From Sedimentisphaera cyanobacteriorum (GTDB lineage: Bacteria > Planctomycetota > Phycisphaerae > Sedimentisphaerales > Sedimentisphaeraceae), in assembly GCF_001997385.1 (NCBI RefSeq), contig NZ_CP019633.1, positions 2,550,001-2,582,000 of the forward strand: a stretch of 32,000 bases of DNA, given 5' to 3'. Positions within the stretch are counted from its first letter, which is position 1; the number at the start of each line of letters is the position of its first letter. Of the stretch, positions 1 to 8,614 are shown in pieces. Under the pieces are notes generated by a model, which was not told the DNA's origin, searched no databases, and saw only the letters and a list, made by a program, of their open reading frames with translations. Made by a program: the position numbers and the translations under genes.

Positions 1-143
1 AGGAAGTTTATTCTCCAGAAAACTCTCTGTTTAGAGTATCTTCTGCCCGGAGACCCGAGAAAACGGGCGGCGCAGAAGCTGGAATTTGTTGATAAAAGCT
101 GGGTTATGCGATAACCGCTTTAATTTTTTGGTAGAGTTTTAGT

Positions 144-1055
144 ATGATAACAGACTGCCAGATCAATCTTACAGGCCGTCTGAGCCCGATAGAGCTTGCA
201 GAATTTAATGAAGCTACTGAACGGCTCGATAACTATCTGGTTTTGGCATCGCCGAAGCTGGCCATGGACCCCAATGCCAATGAGGTGCTTGGAGATTTTC
301 TGAACAAAAATACAAAGGCAATAGGTTTTGGTGTTGTCAATCCGCTGGTAAAAGAAGGCCAGCAGTGCCCGCAGGAAGTAACGGAGAAATGGGGCATCAA
401 GGGTTTTGCTCTGTACTGCTCCAAGCACGGCTTCCATCCGGCAGATTCGCAGGCAATGCGTTTTTACGAATATGCAAACGAGAATTCGATGCCTATATAC
501 TTCTATATGCCCGAACAGCTCGACCCCACCGACATACTGGAGTATGGCAGGCCTTATCTCATAGACGAGATAGCAAGAAATTTCCCCGATATGAAAATCA
601 TCATCAGCAACTGCGGCGTCCCGTTTCAAAGCGAGACTGTGGCAGTTCTTGCAAAGAATAAAAACGTTTATTCCTCATTGCCAGTAAACCCTTCTAAATG
701 GTATCAGACATATACCCTTCTTGTAAGATTTTTTGAGGGCGAAGCAATCAGCAAGCTGCTCTTTGCGAGCAATTATCCCAGTCATCAGCCGAATGAATGT
801 TTGGAAACGCTGCTGGGCTTCAACAGGATGATTGCCAATACACAGCTGCCAGTAGTCCCGCTTGATGAGATTAGGAAGATTGTTAATGCAAACGTTCCTA
901 AAAAACTCTCTATAGACCTCTCTGCGCCTCCTAAATCCGAAGTAGTAGATGCGCAGACAAAACAGCCTATTGGAGAGGAAGAAAGCAGCAGCTCCTCAGA
1001 AAACGATTCAGAAGAGGAAAAGAGTGGGGAAAAAAGGGCCAAAAAGAAAAAATAA
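144..1055 (+). CDS. amidohydrolase-fold (amidohydrolase-2/PF04909-like) protein with substituted metal-ligand positions and a charged low-complexity C-terminal tail
   Basis: 303-aa ORF. It matches the TIM-barrel amidohydrolase-2 strand motifs by eye. DCQIN stands where DxHxH is expected, IIISNCG where xxxHxG is expected, and LFASNYP where GSDYP is expected. The tail is EEESSSSSENDSEEEKSGEKRAKKKK. Confidence 0.55.
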   Translation: MITDCQINLTGRLSPIELAEFNEATERLDNYLVLASPKLAMDPNANEVLGDFLNKNTKAIGFGVVNPLVKEGQQCPQEVTEKWGIKGFALYCSKHGFHPADSQAMRFYEYANENSMPIYFYMPEQLDPTDILEYGRPYLIDEIARNFPDMKIIISNCGVPFQSETVAVLAKNKNVYSSLPVNPSKWYQTYTLLVRFFEGEAISKLLFASNYPSHQPNECLETLLGFNRMIANTQLPVVPLDEIRKIVNANVPKKLSIDLSAPPKSEVVDAQTKQPIGEEESSSSSENDSEEEKSGEKRAKKKK

Positions 1056-1122
1056 ACTCACCCGCTGATTTCCGGTTCTTCGCATTGATTTTGCAATCTT
1101 GAATTTTTAAGGTACATAGTTT

Positions 1123-3252
1123 ATGACTGATCTTCTTGAAAAAAGAGAGAACTGGGGCTCTCGCGGCGGGTTTATTCTGGCTGCCGTGGGCTCGGCTGTA
1201 GGGCTGGGCAACCTTTGGGCTTTCCCGTACAAGATATACAGTTACGGAGGCGGGGCATTCCTGATCCCGTACATCATCGCGCTGTTTGCCGTTGGCCTGC
1301 CTTTAATTATTCTCGAATTCAGCCTCGGCCACTACACCCAGAGAGCTGCTCCAAATGCAATGCGGCGCTGCGTGAAGCCGTTTGAGGGGATTGGATGGCT
1401 CGGCAGCTTTATGTGCATCCTGATCATCTGCTATTATCCGGTAATCCTCGGCTACTGCCTTACATACCTCGGCTACAGCATTCAGGGTATATTCAACGGA
1501 GGCGAGCTGCCCTGGGCGGCGGAAGGAATTCAGGGGATCAATCAGGCAAAGGGCTTTTTCTTCGATAAATACCTCAACTATCAGGACAGCTTCAGCCTCG
1601 GCGGGCTTGAGCTCAAGGTTCTCGGGCCTGTAATCATAGTATGGATACTAATGTATCTTTGTATTTTCAAGGGAGTTAATCTTGTGGGCAAGATTGTATG
1701 GCTCACAGTTCCTATACCTTGGATTATGCTGATAATCCTAACCGTTCGCGGGCTTACGCTCGACGGGAGCACCGAAGGCCTTGCATACTACCTCTCTCCG
1801 GACTTCTCGGAACTTGCAAAACCGATAACTCGCAAGGCGTGCGGCGGTGTGCGCAGCTCTCCGGACTTCTCGGAACTTGCAAAACCGATAACATGGCGAT
1901 ACGCCTTCGGCCAGGTGTTTTTCTCTATGAGCCTTGGCTGGGGGACTATGATTGCATATTCCAGCTTCCTGCACAGGAAAAGCGATTTGAACAACAATGC
2001 GGGAATAATAACACTCACAGACTTTGCGACAAGCTTCATCGCTGGTATTGCGATATTCGCAACGCTCGGCGGGATGTCTTACGTTACCGCTCAGGCGGGC
2101 AATGCAGTGCCTGTGGATCAGGTGGCCGATAAAGGGGTTTCGCTTGCATTTATCGCCTTCCCCTATACTCTCGCCCAGCTGCCGTTCTCGGCTTGGTTCA
2201 GCTTTTTCTTCTTCCTCGCCCTTGTAACGCTTGGTATAGATTCGGCATTTTCTATAACAGAAACCCTGCTTGCGAGCATCGTTGATAAAACCGGCTTCTC
2301 ACGCGGGAAGGTTCTTGTGGTAATGACAGTTGCAGGGATTTTTGTGAGCTCTGTTTTCGCCACGCAAGGCGGGCTTAACTGGGTAGGCGAGATAGACGGA
2401 ATTGTAAACGGTACGTTCGGCGCCGCCTTTCTCGGCCTGCTGGAATGCCTTGCAATAGGCTGGTTTTACCGGCTCGACTACCTCAGGAAACACAGCAACT
2501 CCTGCAGTGAATGGCCTCTGGGCAAGTGGTGGGATTTGAGCATAAGGATTGTTATTCCGATAATCCTCGGAACACTTTTCTTCTGGAACATATTCGACAA
2601 GTCAACAGCGGGCACCCCTATCAAAAATCCAGAAGGCGGGTATAACATTAATGTGCTCGTTACTACCGCTGTAACCGCTTTGGGCTTCCTGCTGGCCGGC
2701 CTTGCTACGCTGGCAAAAACCAGAATACAGGATCGAGTGCCGAATATACCCCATCTCAAGCTCAACGATATGGCAAACCGCAAAAAAATCAGAAGGCACT
2801 TTTCTTCCTCGTGCGTAATATTTGCACTTTCGATTGCTGCGTTTGGATTGACGATACACAATACCACCCGCCCCGATTCGGTAATACTTGGTCAGAAGCT
2901 TGTGATGTTCCTTGCATACCTGCTTATAATATCCGCTGCGGTGGATGCGTTTCAGGCTGAGAAGAATATAAGCTGCTTGGGCGAGCTTAGAAAACTGCCC
3001 AACATCCAAGCGGGCGCATCGGGGGTTATGAGCGTTATGAGCATAAGCGCATGCCTCTCTGTAATACTTACTTACCTTTCCGAACTTCTGCTTGATGAGA
3101 AGGCAAAGGCAGAAATACCGGATTCTTTGACAACTGTTTCATATATCATACTCGCTTTTGTAACGATTGTAGTAGTGGGCGGTTTGATATGGAGCTTCCA
3201 CAGGATTAAGGCATCAAAAAATAGTGATTTGCAGGAAACTGAAGCGATTTAA
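1123..3252 (+). CDS. sodium:neurotransmitter symporter (NSS/SNF, SLC6-like) family transporter, unusually long (709 aa)
   Basis: The N-terminal signature WGSRGGFILAAVGSAVGLGNLWAFPYK and the TM6 signature WRYAFGQVFFSMSLGWG are diagnostic of the NSS family. There are many hydrophobic segments and about 200 extra C-terminal residues with further hydrophobic stretches. Confidence 0.9.
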   Translation: MTDLLEKRENWGSRGGFILAAVGSAVGLGNLWAFPYKIYSYGGGAFLIPYIIALFAVGLPLIILEFSLGHYTQRAAPNAMRRCVKPFEGIGWLGSFMCILIICYYPVILGYCLTYLGYSIQGIFNGGELPWAAEGIQGINQAKGFFFDKYLNYQDSFSLGGLELKVLGPVIIVWILMYLCIFKGVNLVGKIVWLTVPIPWIMLIILTVRGLTLDGSTEGLAYYLSPDFSELAKPITRKACGGVRSSPDFSELAKPITWRYAFGQVFFSMSLGWGTMIAYSSFLHRKSDLNNNAGIITLTDFATSFIAGIAIFATLGGMSYVTAQAGNAVPVDQVADKGVSLAFIAFPYTLAQLPFSAWFSFFFFLALVTLGIDSAFSITETLLASIVDKTGFSRGKVLVVMTVAGIFVSSVFATQGGLNWVGEIDGIVNGTFGAAFLGLLECLAIGWFYRLDYLRKHSNSCSEWPLGKWWDLSIRIVIPIILGTLFFWNIFDKSTAGTPIKNPEGGYNINVLVTTAVTALGFLLAGLATLAKTRIQDRVPNIPHLKLNDMANRKKIRRHFSSSCVIFALSIAAFGLTIHNTTRPDSVILGQKLVMFLAYLLIISAAVDAFQAEKNISCLGELRKLPNIQAGASGVMSVMSISACLSVILTYLSELLLDEKAKAEIPDSLTTVSYIILAFVTIVVVGGLIWSFHRIKASKNSDLQETEAI
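1794..1892 (+). repeat. two identical 36-bp direct repeats (1794-1829 and 1857-1892) separated by a 27-bp filler, in frame inside the NSS transporter gene
   Basis: CTCTCCGGACTTCTCGGAACTTGCAAAACCGATAAC occurs twice with a 63-bp period. The peptide SPDFSELAKPIT is encoded twice. Confidence 0.97.
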
Positions 3253-3254
3253 TA

Positions 3255-4166
3255 ATGGATTTTAGCAAAAAAATTGCTGTATTGGCCGGCGGAATAGGAA
3301 GCGAAAGGGAAGTATCGCTTGAGAGCGGGCAAAATGCACTTAGCGCAATAAAAAAAGCTGGGTACAATGCCGAGCTTATCGATGTTTCTCCCGAAACGAT
3401 AGAGAAGGCAATCGGGGAATACGGTCTTTTCTTTATTATGCTCCACGGAACGTGGGGGGAAGACGGACAGATACAGAAGATCCTCGAAAATAGAAACGCA
3501 AAATTTACAGGCAGCGGGTCTTTAAGCTCGCAAAACTGCTTCGATAAAGATATAACCCGCCTTAAGCTAATGGAAAGCGGAATAGAATGCCCTTTCGGTA
3601 TTTCTGTTGATGAAGACAGCGACTGGGACAAAGCCGAAGAGATGATAAGGGGCAAAAGCGAGAGGTTCGTAGTGAAGCCGGCCTGCGAGGGCAGCAGTGT
3701 CGGAGTGGAGATACGTGTGGGCAGTCAGGCAGCGGTGAGAAGTGCAAAGAAAACCGCCGAAAAATACGGCAAATCCCTGATCGAGTCTTACATTCAGGGC
3801 AAGGAATTCACCGTAGGCATAGCAGCTGCGAATATACTGCCTTCAATAAAGATTCAGCCTCAAACAGGCTTCTACGACTACAACGCAAAATACATCTCCG
3901 ATAACACAGGCTTCCTCTTTGGAGCTGCTGATAAACAGCTGGAAGAGCAGATGCAGCAGATATCTGAAAAGGCCTTCAACCTGCTTGAATGCAGGGATCT
4001 GGCTCGTGTGGATTTTATGATAGACAGCGGCAAACCGCTTCTTATCGAGGTGAATACCATACCTGGATTTACAAGCCATTCACTGCTTCCCGCAGCCGCT
4101 GAGCATATCGGAATAAGCCAGCCTCAGCTTTGTTCAGAGATTATTCAGTCTGCCCTTTCGAGGTGA
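3255..4166 (+). CDS. ddl: D-alanine--D-alanine ligase
   Basis: 303 aa. The N-terminus is AVLAGGIGSEREVSLESG. ATP-grasp motifs are present: KPACEGSSVGV, ARVDFMI and LIEVNTIPGFTSHS. Confidence 0.9.
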   Translation: MDFSKKIAVLAGGIGSEREVSLESGQNALSAIKKAGYNAELIDVSPETIEKAIGEYGLFFIMLHGTWGEDGQIQKILENRNAKFTGSGSLSSQNCFDKDITRLKLMESGIECPFGISVDEDSDWDKAEEMIRGKSERFVVKPACEGSSVGVEIRVGSQAAVRSAKKTAEKYGKSLIESYIQGKEFTVGIAAANILPSIKIQPQTGFYDYNAKYISDNTGFLFGAADKQLEEQMQQISEKAFNLLECRDLARVDFMIDSGKPLLIEVNTIPGFTSHSLLPAAAEHIGISQPQLCSEIIQSALSR

Positions 4167-4171
4167 GAATA

Positions 4172-5047
4172 ATGGCAGGAAAAACAAAGAGAACAGCCTC
4201 AAAGAATAAATCTCCTAAAAAATCTGCCAGAAGATCTTATTGGAGAGCCTTATTTCGGCTTCCGGGTTTAATTCTTATAATCGGTGCGGTTTATGCGTCC
4301 GTCTGGGGAATCCTTAATGCTGAAAATCACATAAAGCAGGAGATTATAAGAGAGTCTGAAAGGGAGATAAGTATGGTTCTGCGGGGCTATCCAAACTGGA
4401 TTAACGCTTCGCTTAAAAGGAGGATCGTGGAGCAGGGCTATATCGGCCTTGAAAAGCTTACTGCGAGCCCGGGAACCGCAAAGCTCGTTGCGAAGAACCT
4501 CAAGTCTAAGTTTCCCTGGCTGAAAAATGTTCGGGTTCAGACCTCGATAAACCGGCTCACAATAGATGCGGACTACCGAAAGCCCGCTGTGCTTTTAAGG
4601 CACAAATCCGCTAAATACTATATCTCTGAGGATATGACGGTGCTGGATTATATCCCTATTGACAGCTTGAGCGTGCCGGAGGTTTCGGGTGTGGTGCTTG
4701 CATCTGCGCCTTCGCCGGGCGAGCCGCTTTTTCACGAGCAGATCAAGGCTTCTGTTAAGCTAACCCAGCTGTTCAGGGCGATGGACAAATCCAGATCACG
4801 CAAATTCCTGAAGCAGGTTGAAAGCATAGACGTTGAGAACTACGGGATCACAGATTCCTCAATCCCCCAAATCGTGATCAAAACAAAGGAAGAACTGGAT
4901 ATCTTCTGGGGAGCTGCGCCGGGAGATGCCGAGGCGTATTTCGAGATGCCCGAGAAGAAAAAACTCGCTGTGCTATATACAATCTTTGAATCTCATCCAA
5001 ACCTAAAAGGCAGATACGAGAATATAGACCTGCGTTTTGAACAGTAG
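4172..5047 (+). CDS. bitopic membrane protein, putative FtsQ/DivIB-like cell-division protein
   Basis: I chose ATG 4172, with GAGGTG just upstream and 5 nt after the ddl stop. The protein has a Lys/Arg-rich N-terminus, one TM segment (LPGLILIIGAVYASVWGIL) and an extracytoplasmic domain of about 230 aa. It lies directly after ddl, as in dcw clusters. I made no motif-level identification. Confidence 0.5.
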   Translation: MAGKTKRTASKNKSPKKSARRSYWRALFRLPGLILIIGAVYASVWGILNAENHIKQEIIRESEREISMVLRGYPNWINASLKRRIVEQGYIGLEKLTASPGTAKLVAKNLKSKFPWLKNVRVQTSINRLTIDADYRKPAVLLRHKSAKYYISEDMTVLDYIPIDSLSVPEVSGVVLASAPSPGEPLFHEQIKASVKLTQLFRAMDKSRSRKFLKQVESIDVENYGITDSSIPQIVIKTKEELDIFWGAAPGDAEAYFEMPEKKKLAVLYTIFESHPNLKGRYENIDLRFEQ

Positions 5048-5182
5048 GCCCTGGCTTTTAAATTGCGGTTTTCATTACGTTAACATCGTTTTTGAGCTTC
5101 TCGATCTCCTCCACGCTCACAGGCACATCGGGAAATCTCTTGAAACCGTCTCGTATTGTATGTCCTGTTTCACCATGAAGGA

Positions 5183-5340
5183 CGCGAAGGATTATTATAA
5201 ATTGTTTTACAGCAAGCTCTTACAGTCACAAAATTATCTGTGCCATTTGTGCCATCTGTGGATAATAAACTTCGCTGCGATTTCACGAAACGAACATTTA
5301 TCTGCATTTCTCCGATAACCTCTCCGCCTGCGGCGGACAG
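5183..5340 (+). repeat. intergenic repeat family A, copy 1 (AT-rich part with CTGTGGATAATAAACTTCGCTGCG, ending in hairpin CCGCCTGCGGCGG)
   Basis: It aligns by eye over about 150 bp with the reverse complement of 12791-12934. Shared blocks are CGCGAAG..GATTwTTATAAATTkTTTT..GCTyTTACA, CTGTGGATAAwAAAyTTCGCTGCG and CTCCGCCTGCGGCGGAC. Confidence 0.75.
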
Positions 5341-5360
5341 GCTCAATGTTTAACATCCCC

Positions 5361-5436
5361 CGTACTACAGCGGAGTCCGCCGCGGCGGACCCACTAGCCC
5401 CGATTTCTCACTTAGCGTTCAAAATCGTGAAAAATC
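5361..5436 (-). repeat. intergenic repeat family B, copy in inverted orientation (contains the perfect 16-bp palindrome GTCCGCCGCGGCGGAC at 5375-5390)
   Basis: The reverse complement, GATTTTTCACG...CTAGTGGGTCCGCCGCGGCGGACTCCGCTGTAGTACG, aligns with 10906-10978, GATTTTTCGC...CTAGCGGGTCCGCCACGGCGAACACCGCTGTACG. Confidence 0.8.
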
Positions 5437-5544
5437 AAAATTTTTTCTTTGATTCTGCGTTGTAATCGGCGTTTAAAAGTCTCTTTAGTCTCTGGTACAG
5501 ACCTGCCCTATTGCAAGTGATTTTTCATCAGCAATAATATTGTT

Positions 5545-6741
5545 ATGTACTTGAAGAAGCACAAGCGAAAGAAGAATGGTAAGATCAATTCCTATTACAG
5601 CATAGCGGAGAAGCGTAAGGTTTCTCGCGGGCGTTATGTTGAGAAGATGGTGCTGTATCTTGGTGAAATCTCTGATTCTCAGAAGAAGTCTTGGCAGAGA
5701 TCCATTGAGATAATCAACGAGGACAACAAGCCTGTCCGCAAGTCATTATTCGCTTTTGATCAGGACAATCACACACATCACGACATAGATACGATTCCGG
5801 TAAAGCTCTCAAAGATGAAGCTTAACAACCCCAGAACATTCGGGGACTGCTGGCTCGGCTGCGAGATATGGGATATGCTGGGATTAGACACCTTCTGGTC
5901 GGAGAGGATAGACACTGCCAAATCGCCGGTTGACTATTCCAAAGTTGTAAAATTGCTGACAGTAAACCGTCTTATCAAGCCCGGAGCGGAGTTTTATGTC
6001 CACCGGCACTGGTTCACTCAGACCGCAATGGATGTATTGCTGGGCTGTGAATTTGATGTTGCCGAAAAAAACCGGCTTTACCGTTGTCTGGACAGGATAT
6101 TGCCGTATAAAGAAGAGCTTTGTTCTTATTTGAAAGACACATGGCAGATGATGTTCAATCTGGAATATGACATTCTGCTTTACGATATAACCAGTACTTA
6201 TTTTGAGGGATTATGCAAAAGCAATCCCAAGGCAAAATTCGGCCACAGCAAAGACCGCAGAGGCGATTGCAGGCAGATTCTTATCGCTTTGGTAGTTACC
6301 CCTGAGGGATTTCCGATCAATTATGAGATACTCGCCGGCAACACCTCAGAGAGAACAACGCTTAAACCCTTGTTAAACAAGATAGAGTCGAAATACGGCA
6401 AGGCAGGCAGGTTATGGCTGATGGACAGAGGTATTCCAACAGAAGCTGTGCTGGAGTATATGCGTGATAACGGGATTGATTATCTTGTCGGAACGCCCCG
6501 TAAGCTGCTGGATGAATTCCAAGAAGAGCTTTCTGTGAAAAGCTGGTTTGATGTAAATGGAATCGTTCGCATAAAGCATATAGCCAAAGATGACGAATGC
6601 TATATTCTTGCTCGAAGCAAAGAGAGAATGGCTAAAGAACGGGCTATGCGTAAAAGAAAGCTCCGTAATTACTTAGAAGGACTGGAGAAGTTAAAGAAAT
6701 GCCGCAGCCGAGATGTTTTTATGCAAAGGCTCGGCAAACTC
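5545..6741 (+). pseudogene. IS1634-family transposase gene (outer element), N-terminal 399 codons, interrupted by insertion of another IS
   Basis: The N-terminus MYLKKHKRKKNGKINSYYSIAEKRKVSRGRYVEKMVLYLGEI and the DDE-region motifs LLYDITSTYFEG and LWLMDRGI are IS1634-like. The ORF runs into the inverted repeat of the inserted IS at 6741 and stops at 6759. Confidence 0.85.
5941..6741 (+). repeat. 801-bp direct repeat, copy 1 (left flank of inner IS)
   Basis: I compared it line by line with 8615-9415 and found no mismatch. Confidence 0.95.
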
Positions 6742-6850
6742 CTGACTTCGGCGGTATGATTGTGGAAAACTCTGCAAAAAGTGCGTTTTGAGGCTGTTAT
6801 GAGGGTTTGTTAAGTTCGGTTCGCTCGTAGTGCCTAATTTTTTATTTTTT

Positions 6851-6878
6851 TTGACACAATGTTTTGATTTCGTATAAT
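6851..6878 (+). promoter_or_regulatory. sigma-70-type promoter of the inner IS transposase
   Basis: TTGACA (6851-6856), a 16-bp spacer and TATAAT (6873-6878), ending 8 nt before ATG 6887. Confidence 0.7.
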
Positions 6879-6886
6879 CTGCATTT

Positions 6887-8509
6887 ATGTTTATACGAGT
6901 AAAGACATCAAAAAACAGTCCGAAGCAGTCGGTACAGATTGTAGAGAGTTATCGCAACGAGAAGAACCAGCCTCGTCAGCGTATAGTTCGTCATCTCGGC
7001 ACAGCCTTCACAGAAGAAGAGCTTAAGCGGCTCAAGGATTTTGCCGAATTCGAGAAGGCCAAGCTTGAGGCCGAGAAAACGCCGGCACTTTTCAAGCCTG
7101 AGCATCTTGCAGAAGCTGCAATAGTTGCCCGCAAAAACATTGATGATAAGCCTTTGCGGGTCAATCTAAAGAATCTCAGGGAACAGGCACGCATAACTAC
7201 AGGCATCCATGAGGTATTCGGCAGCATCTACAATGAGCTTGGCTTTAACAATCTTTTCGATAGACGCAAAGAGTCTGCAGGCAAAAACCTTCGTCATATC
7301 ACAATGGCAAGGCTTGCAAACCCAGTGAGCAAACGCAGCAGCGTTCAGGATCTCTCCAAAGACTTCGGCATTAACCTTTCTTTAGACAGCGTTTACCGTA
7401 TGATGGATAATATCACAGATGATATTATCAGCAAGGCTCAAAACTGTGCTCACAGTGCTGCTAAAGGCCTTCTCGGCGAAGAGATAAGTCTTCTTTTCTA
7501 CGACTGCACCACGCTTTATTTTGAATCATTTACAGAAGATGAGCTCAAAAAGAACGGCTACAGCAAGGATATGAAGTTCAATCAGCCGCAGGTTGTCCTT
7601 GGTCTTCTGTCCACATCAGAAGGGCTTCCAGTAGGTTATGAGGTATTCCCCGGCAATCAGTATGAAGGGCATACGCTGCATACTGTAATCCCTAAGATCA
7701 AAGAGAAATACAACCTCAAGCGTGTTATCTTCACCGCAGACAGCGCAATGCTTAGCAAGGCTAATCTTGATTACCTTGAAAAGCAGGGAGTTGAGTATAT
7801 TGTGGCAGCGAGGCTTAAAAGCCTCACTGATAAATGGAAAGCAAAGGTTACAGAATCCAATGCCCCGCTTAGAAGCTTTGATTACGGCAAAGATACAAGG
7901 CTTATTGTTACCTACAGCGATAAACTCGCTAAAAAGAATAAGCACGACAGGGATGAAGCTATAAGAAAGCTCCAGGAGAAGCTTGAAAAGAGCAGCAACC
8001 CCAAATCACTTATAAGCAACTACGGCTACAAGAAGTTTATGCGTGTTACCGGCGATATAGATTGCCGGATAGATGAAGAGAAATATGAAGAGGCTGCGAA
8101 TTTTGATGGTCTTCACGGTGTTATAACGAATGTTAAGGATATGGATGATTCGGCTGTAGTAGATCATTACAGGCAGCTCTGGCTGATTGAAGAGTGCTTC
8201 AGGATAAGCAAGCACGATCTGAAGATACGGCCGATATACCACTGGACGCCGAAACGAATCAAAGCCCATATACTGATATGCTTTATCGCTCTAACCTGCG
8301 CGAGAAATCTGGCCTACAGGGTTCGGCTGAGATTTGAGCCGATGTCTGTGGCGAGGATTGTAAATTCGCTCAACCACGTGCAGCTGAGCATACTCTGGGA
8401 TAAGAAAACAGAGTGCAGATATGCCCTGCCATCAAAGATTAACGAGGACGCAAGAAAACTCTATAAAACAGTTAATCTCAGCACCAATACAACGCCTTAC
8501 AAAATGTAA
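6887..8509 (+). CDS. IS1634-family DDE transposase (intact, 540 aa)
   Basis: The N-terminus MFIRVKTSKNSPKQSVQIVESYRNEKNQPRQRIVRHLG is typical of the family. DDE-region motifs are LFYDCTTLYFE, FTADSAMLS and YRQLWLIEECFRISKHDLKIRPIYHW. Confidence 0.9.
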   Translation: MFIRVKTSKNSPKQSVQIVESYRNEKNQPRQRIVRHLGTAFTEEELKRLKDFAEFEKAKLEAEKTPALFKPEHLAEAAIVARKNIDDKPLRVNLKNLREQARITTGIHEVFGSIYNELGFNNLFDRRKESAGKNLRHITMARLANPVSKRSSVQDLSKDFGINLSLDSVYRMMDNITDDIISKAQNCAHSAAKGLLGEEISLLFYDCTTLYFESFTEDELKKNGYSKDMKFNQPQVVLGLLSTSEGLPVGYEVFPGNQYEGHTLHTVIPKIKEKYNLKRVIFTADSAMLSKANLDYLEKQGVEYIVAARLKSLTDKWKAKVTESNAPLRSFDYGKDTRLIVTYSDKLAKKNKHDRDEAIRKLQEKLEKSSNPKSLISNYGYKKFMRVTGDIDCRIDEEKYEEAANFDGLHGVITNVKDMDDSAVVDHYRQLWLIEECFRISKHDLKIRPIYHWTPKRIKAHILICFIALTCARNLAYRVRLRFEPMSVARIVNSLNHVQLSILWDKKTECRYALPSKINEDARKLYKTVNLSTNTTPYKM

Positions 8510-8614
8510 TTTCACCCGCCGAAAAACCTTCCGAAATAGGGTTTGTAGTGCCTGCGCAAAAAATCGAGTCCTTTATTGACAAGGACTTATGAAAATTTAC
8601 CGCCGAAGTCAGGA

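Larger units (their letters stand above)
6741..8613 (+). mobile_element. complete IS1634-family insertion sequence (inner element, about 1873 bp)
   Basis: It has perfect 16-bp terminal inverted repeats: CCTGACTTCGGCGGTA at 6741-6756 and TACCGCCGAAGTCAGG at 8598-8613. It also has an internal promoter and an intact 540-aa transposase. The boundary is ambiguous by 1 nt because the C at 6741 also fits the flanking repeat. Confidence 0.9.

Noticed and set aside
1-114. An open frame running from the window edge to TAA at 112-114 (...AAQKLEFVDKSWVMR stop). It could be the 3' end of an upstream gene.
   Set aside because: Only 37 codons are visible and they carry no motif. I cannot distinguish this from a chance open frame, so I did not list it as a feature.
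120-629. 169-aa antisense ORF opposite the amidohydrolase-like CDS. Similar long antisense or overlapping ORFs occur at 9971-10393, 11592-12014, 12955-13398, 16355-17041, 16363-16914, 21554-22012 and 28548-29195.
   Set aside because: Each lies entirely within, or overlaps, a much better-supported CDS on the other strand that has recognisable family motifs. Their translations are low-complexity or Cys/His/Arg-rich shadow-frame products with no recognisable motifs.
1794-1892. Two 36-bp repeats with a 27-bp spacer, considered as a mini CRISPR array.
   Set aside because: There are only two copies, they lie in frame inside a conserved transporter gene, the repeat has no palindromic character, and no cas genes are present.
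5058-5219. Minus-strand open frame of 53 codons, ELAVKQFIIILRVLHGETGHTIRDGFKRFPDVPVSVEEIEKLKNDVNVMKTAI, ending at TAA 5060-5058.
   Set aside because: It looks protein-like, but the only in-frame starts (GTG codons and one ATG, all late) would leave 30 aa or fewer. It also overlaps the start of repeat family A. It may be a gene remnant, but the sequence alone cannot support that.
5037-5318. 93-aa plus-strand ORF after the FtsQ-like gene.
   Set aside because: It overlaps the FtsQ-like gene's stop and then reads straight through repeat family A. The peptide similarity to the ORF at 12678-12902 is explained by the DNA repeat, not by a conserved protein.
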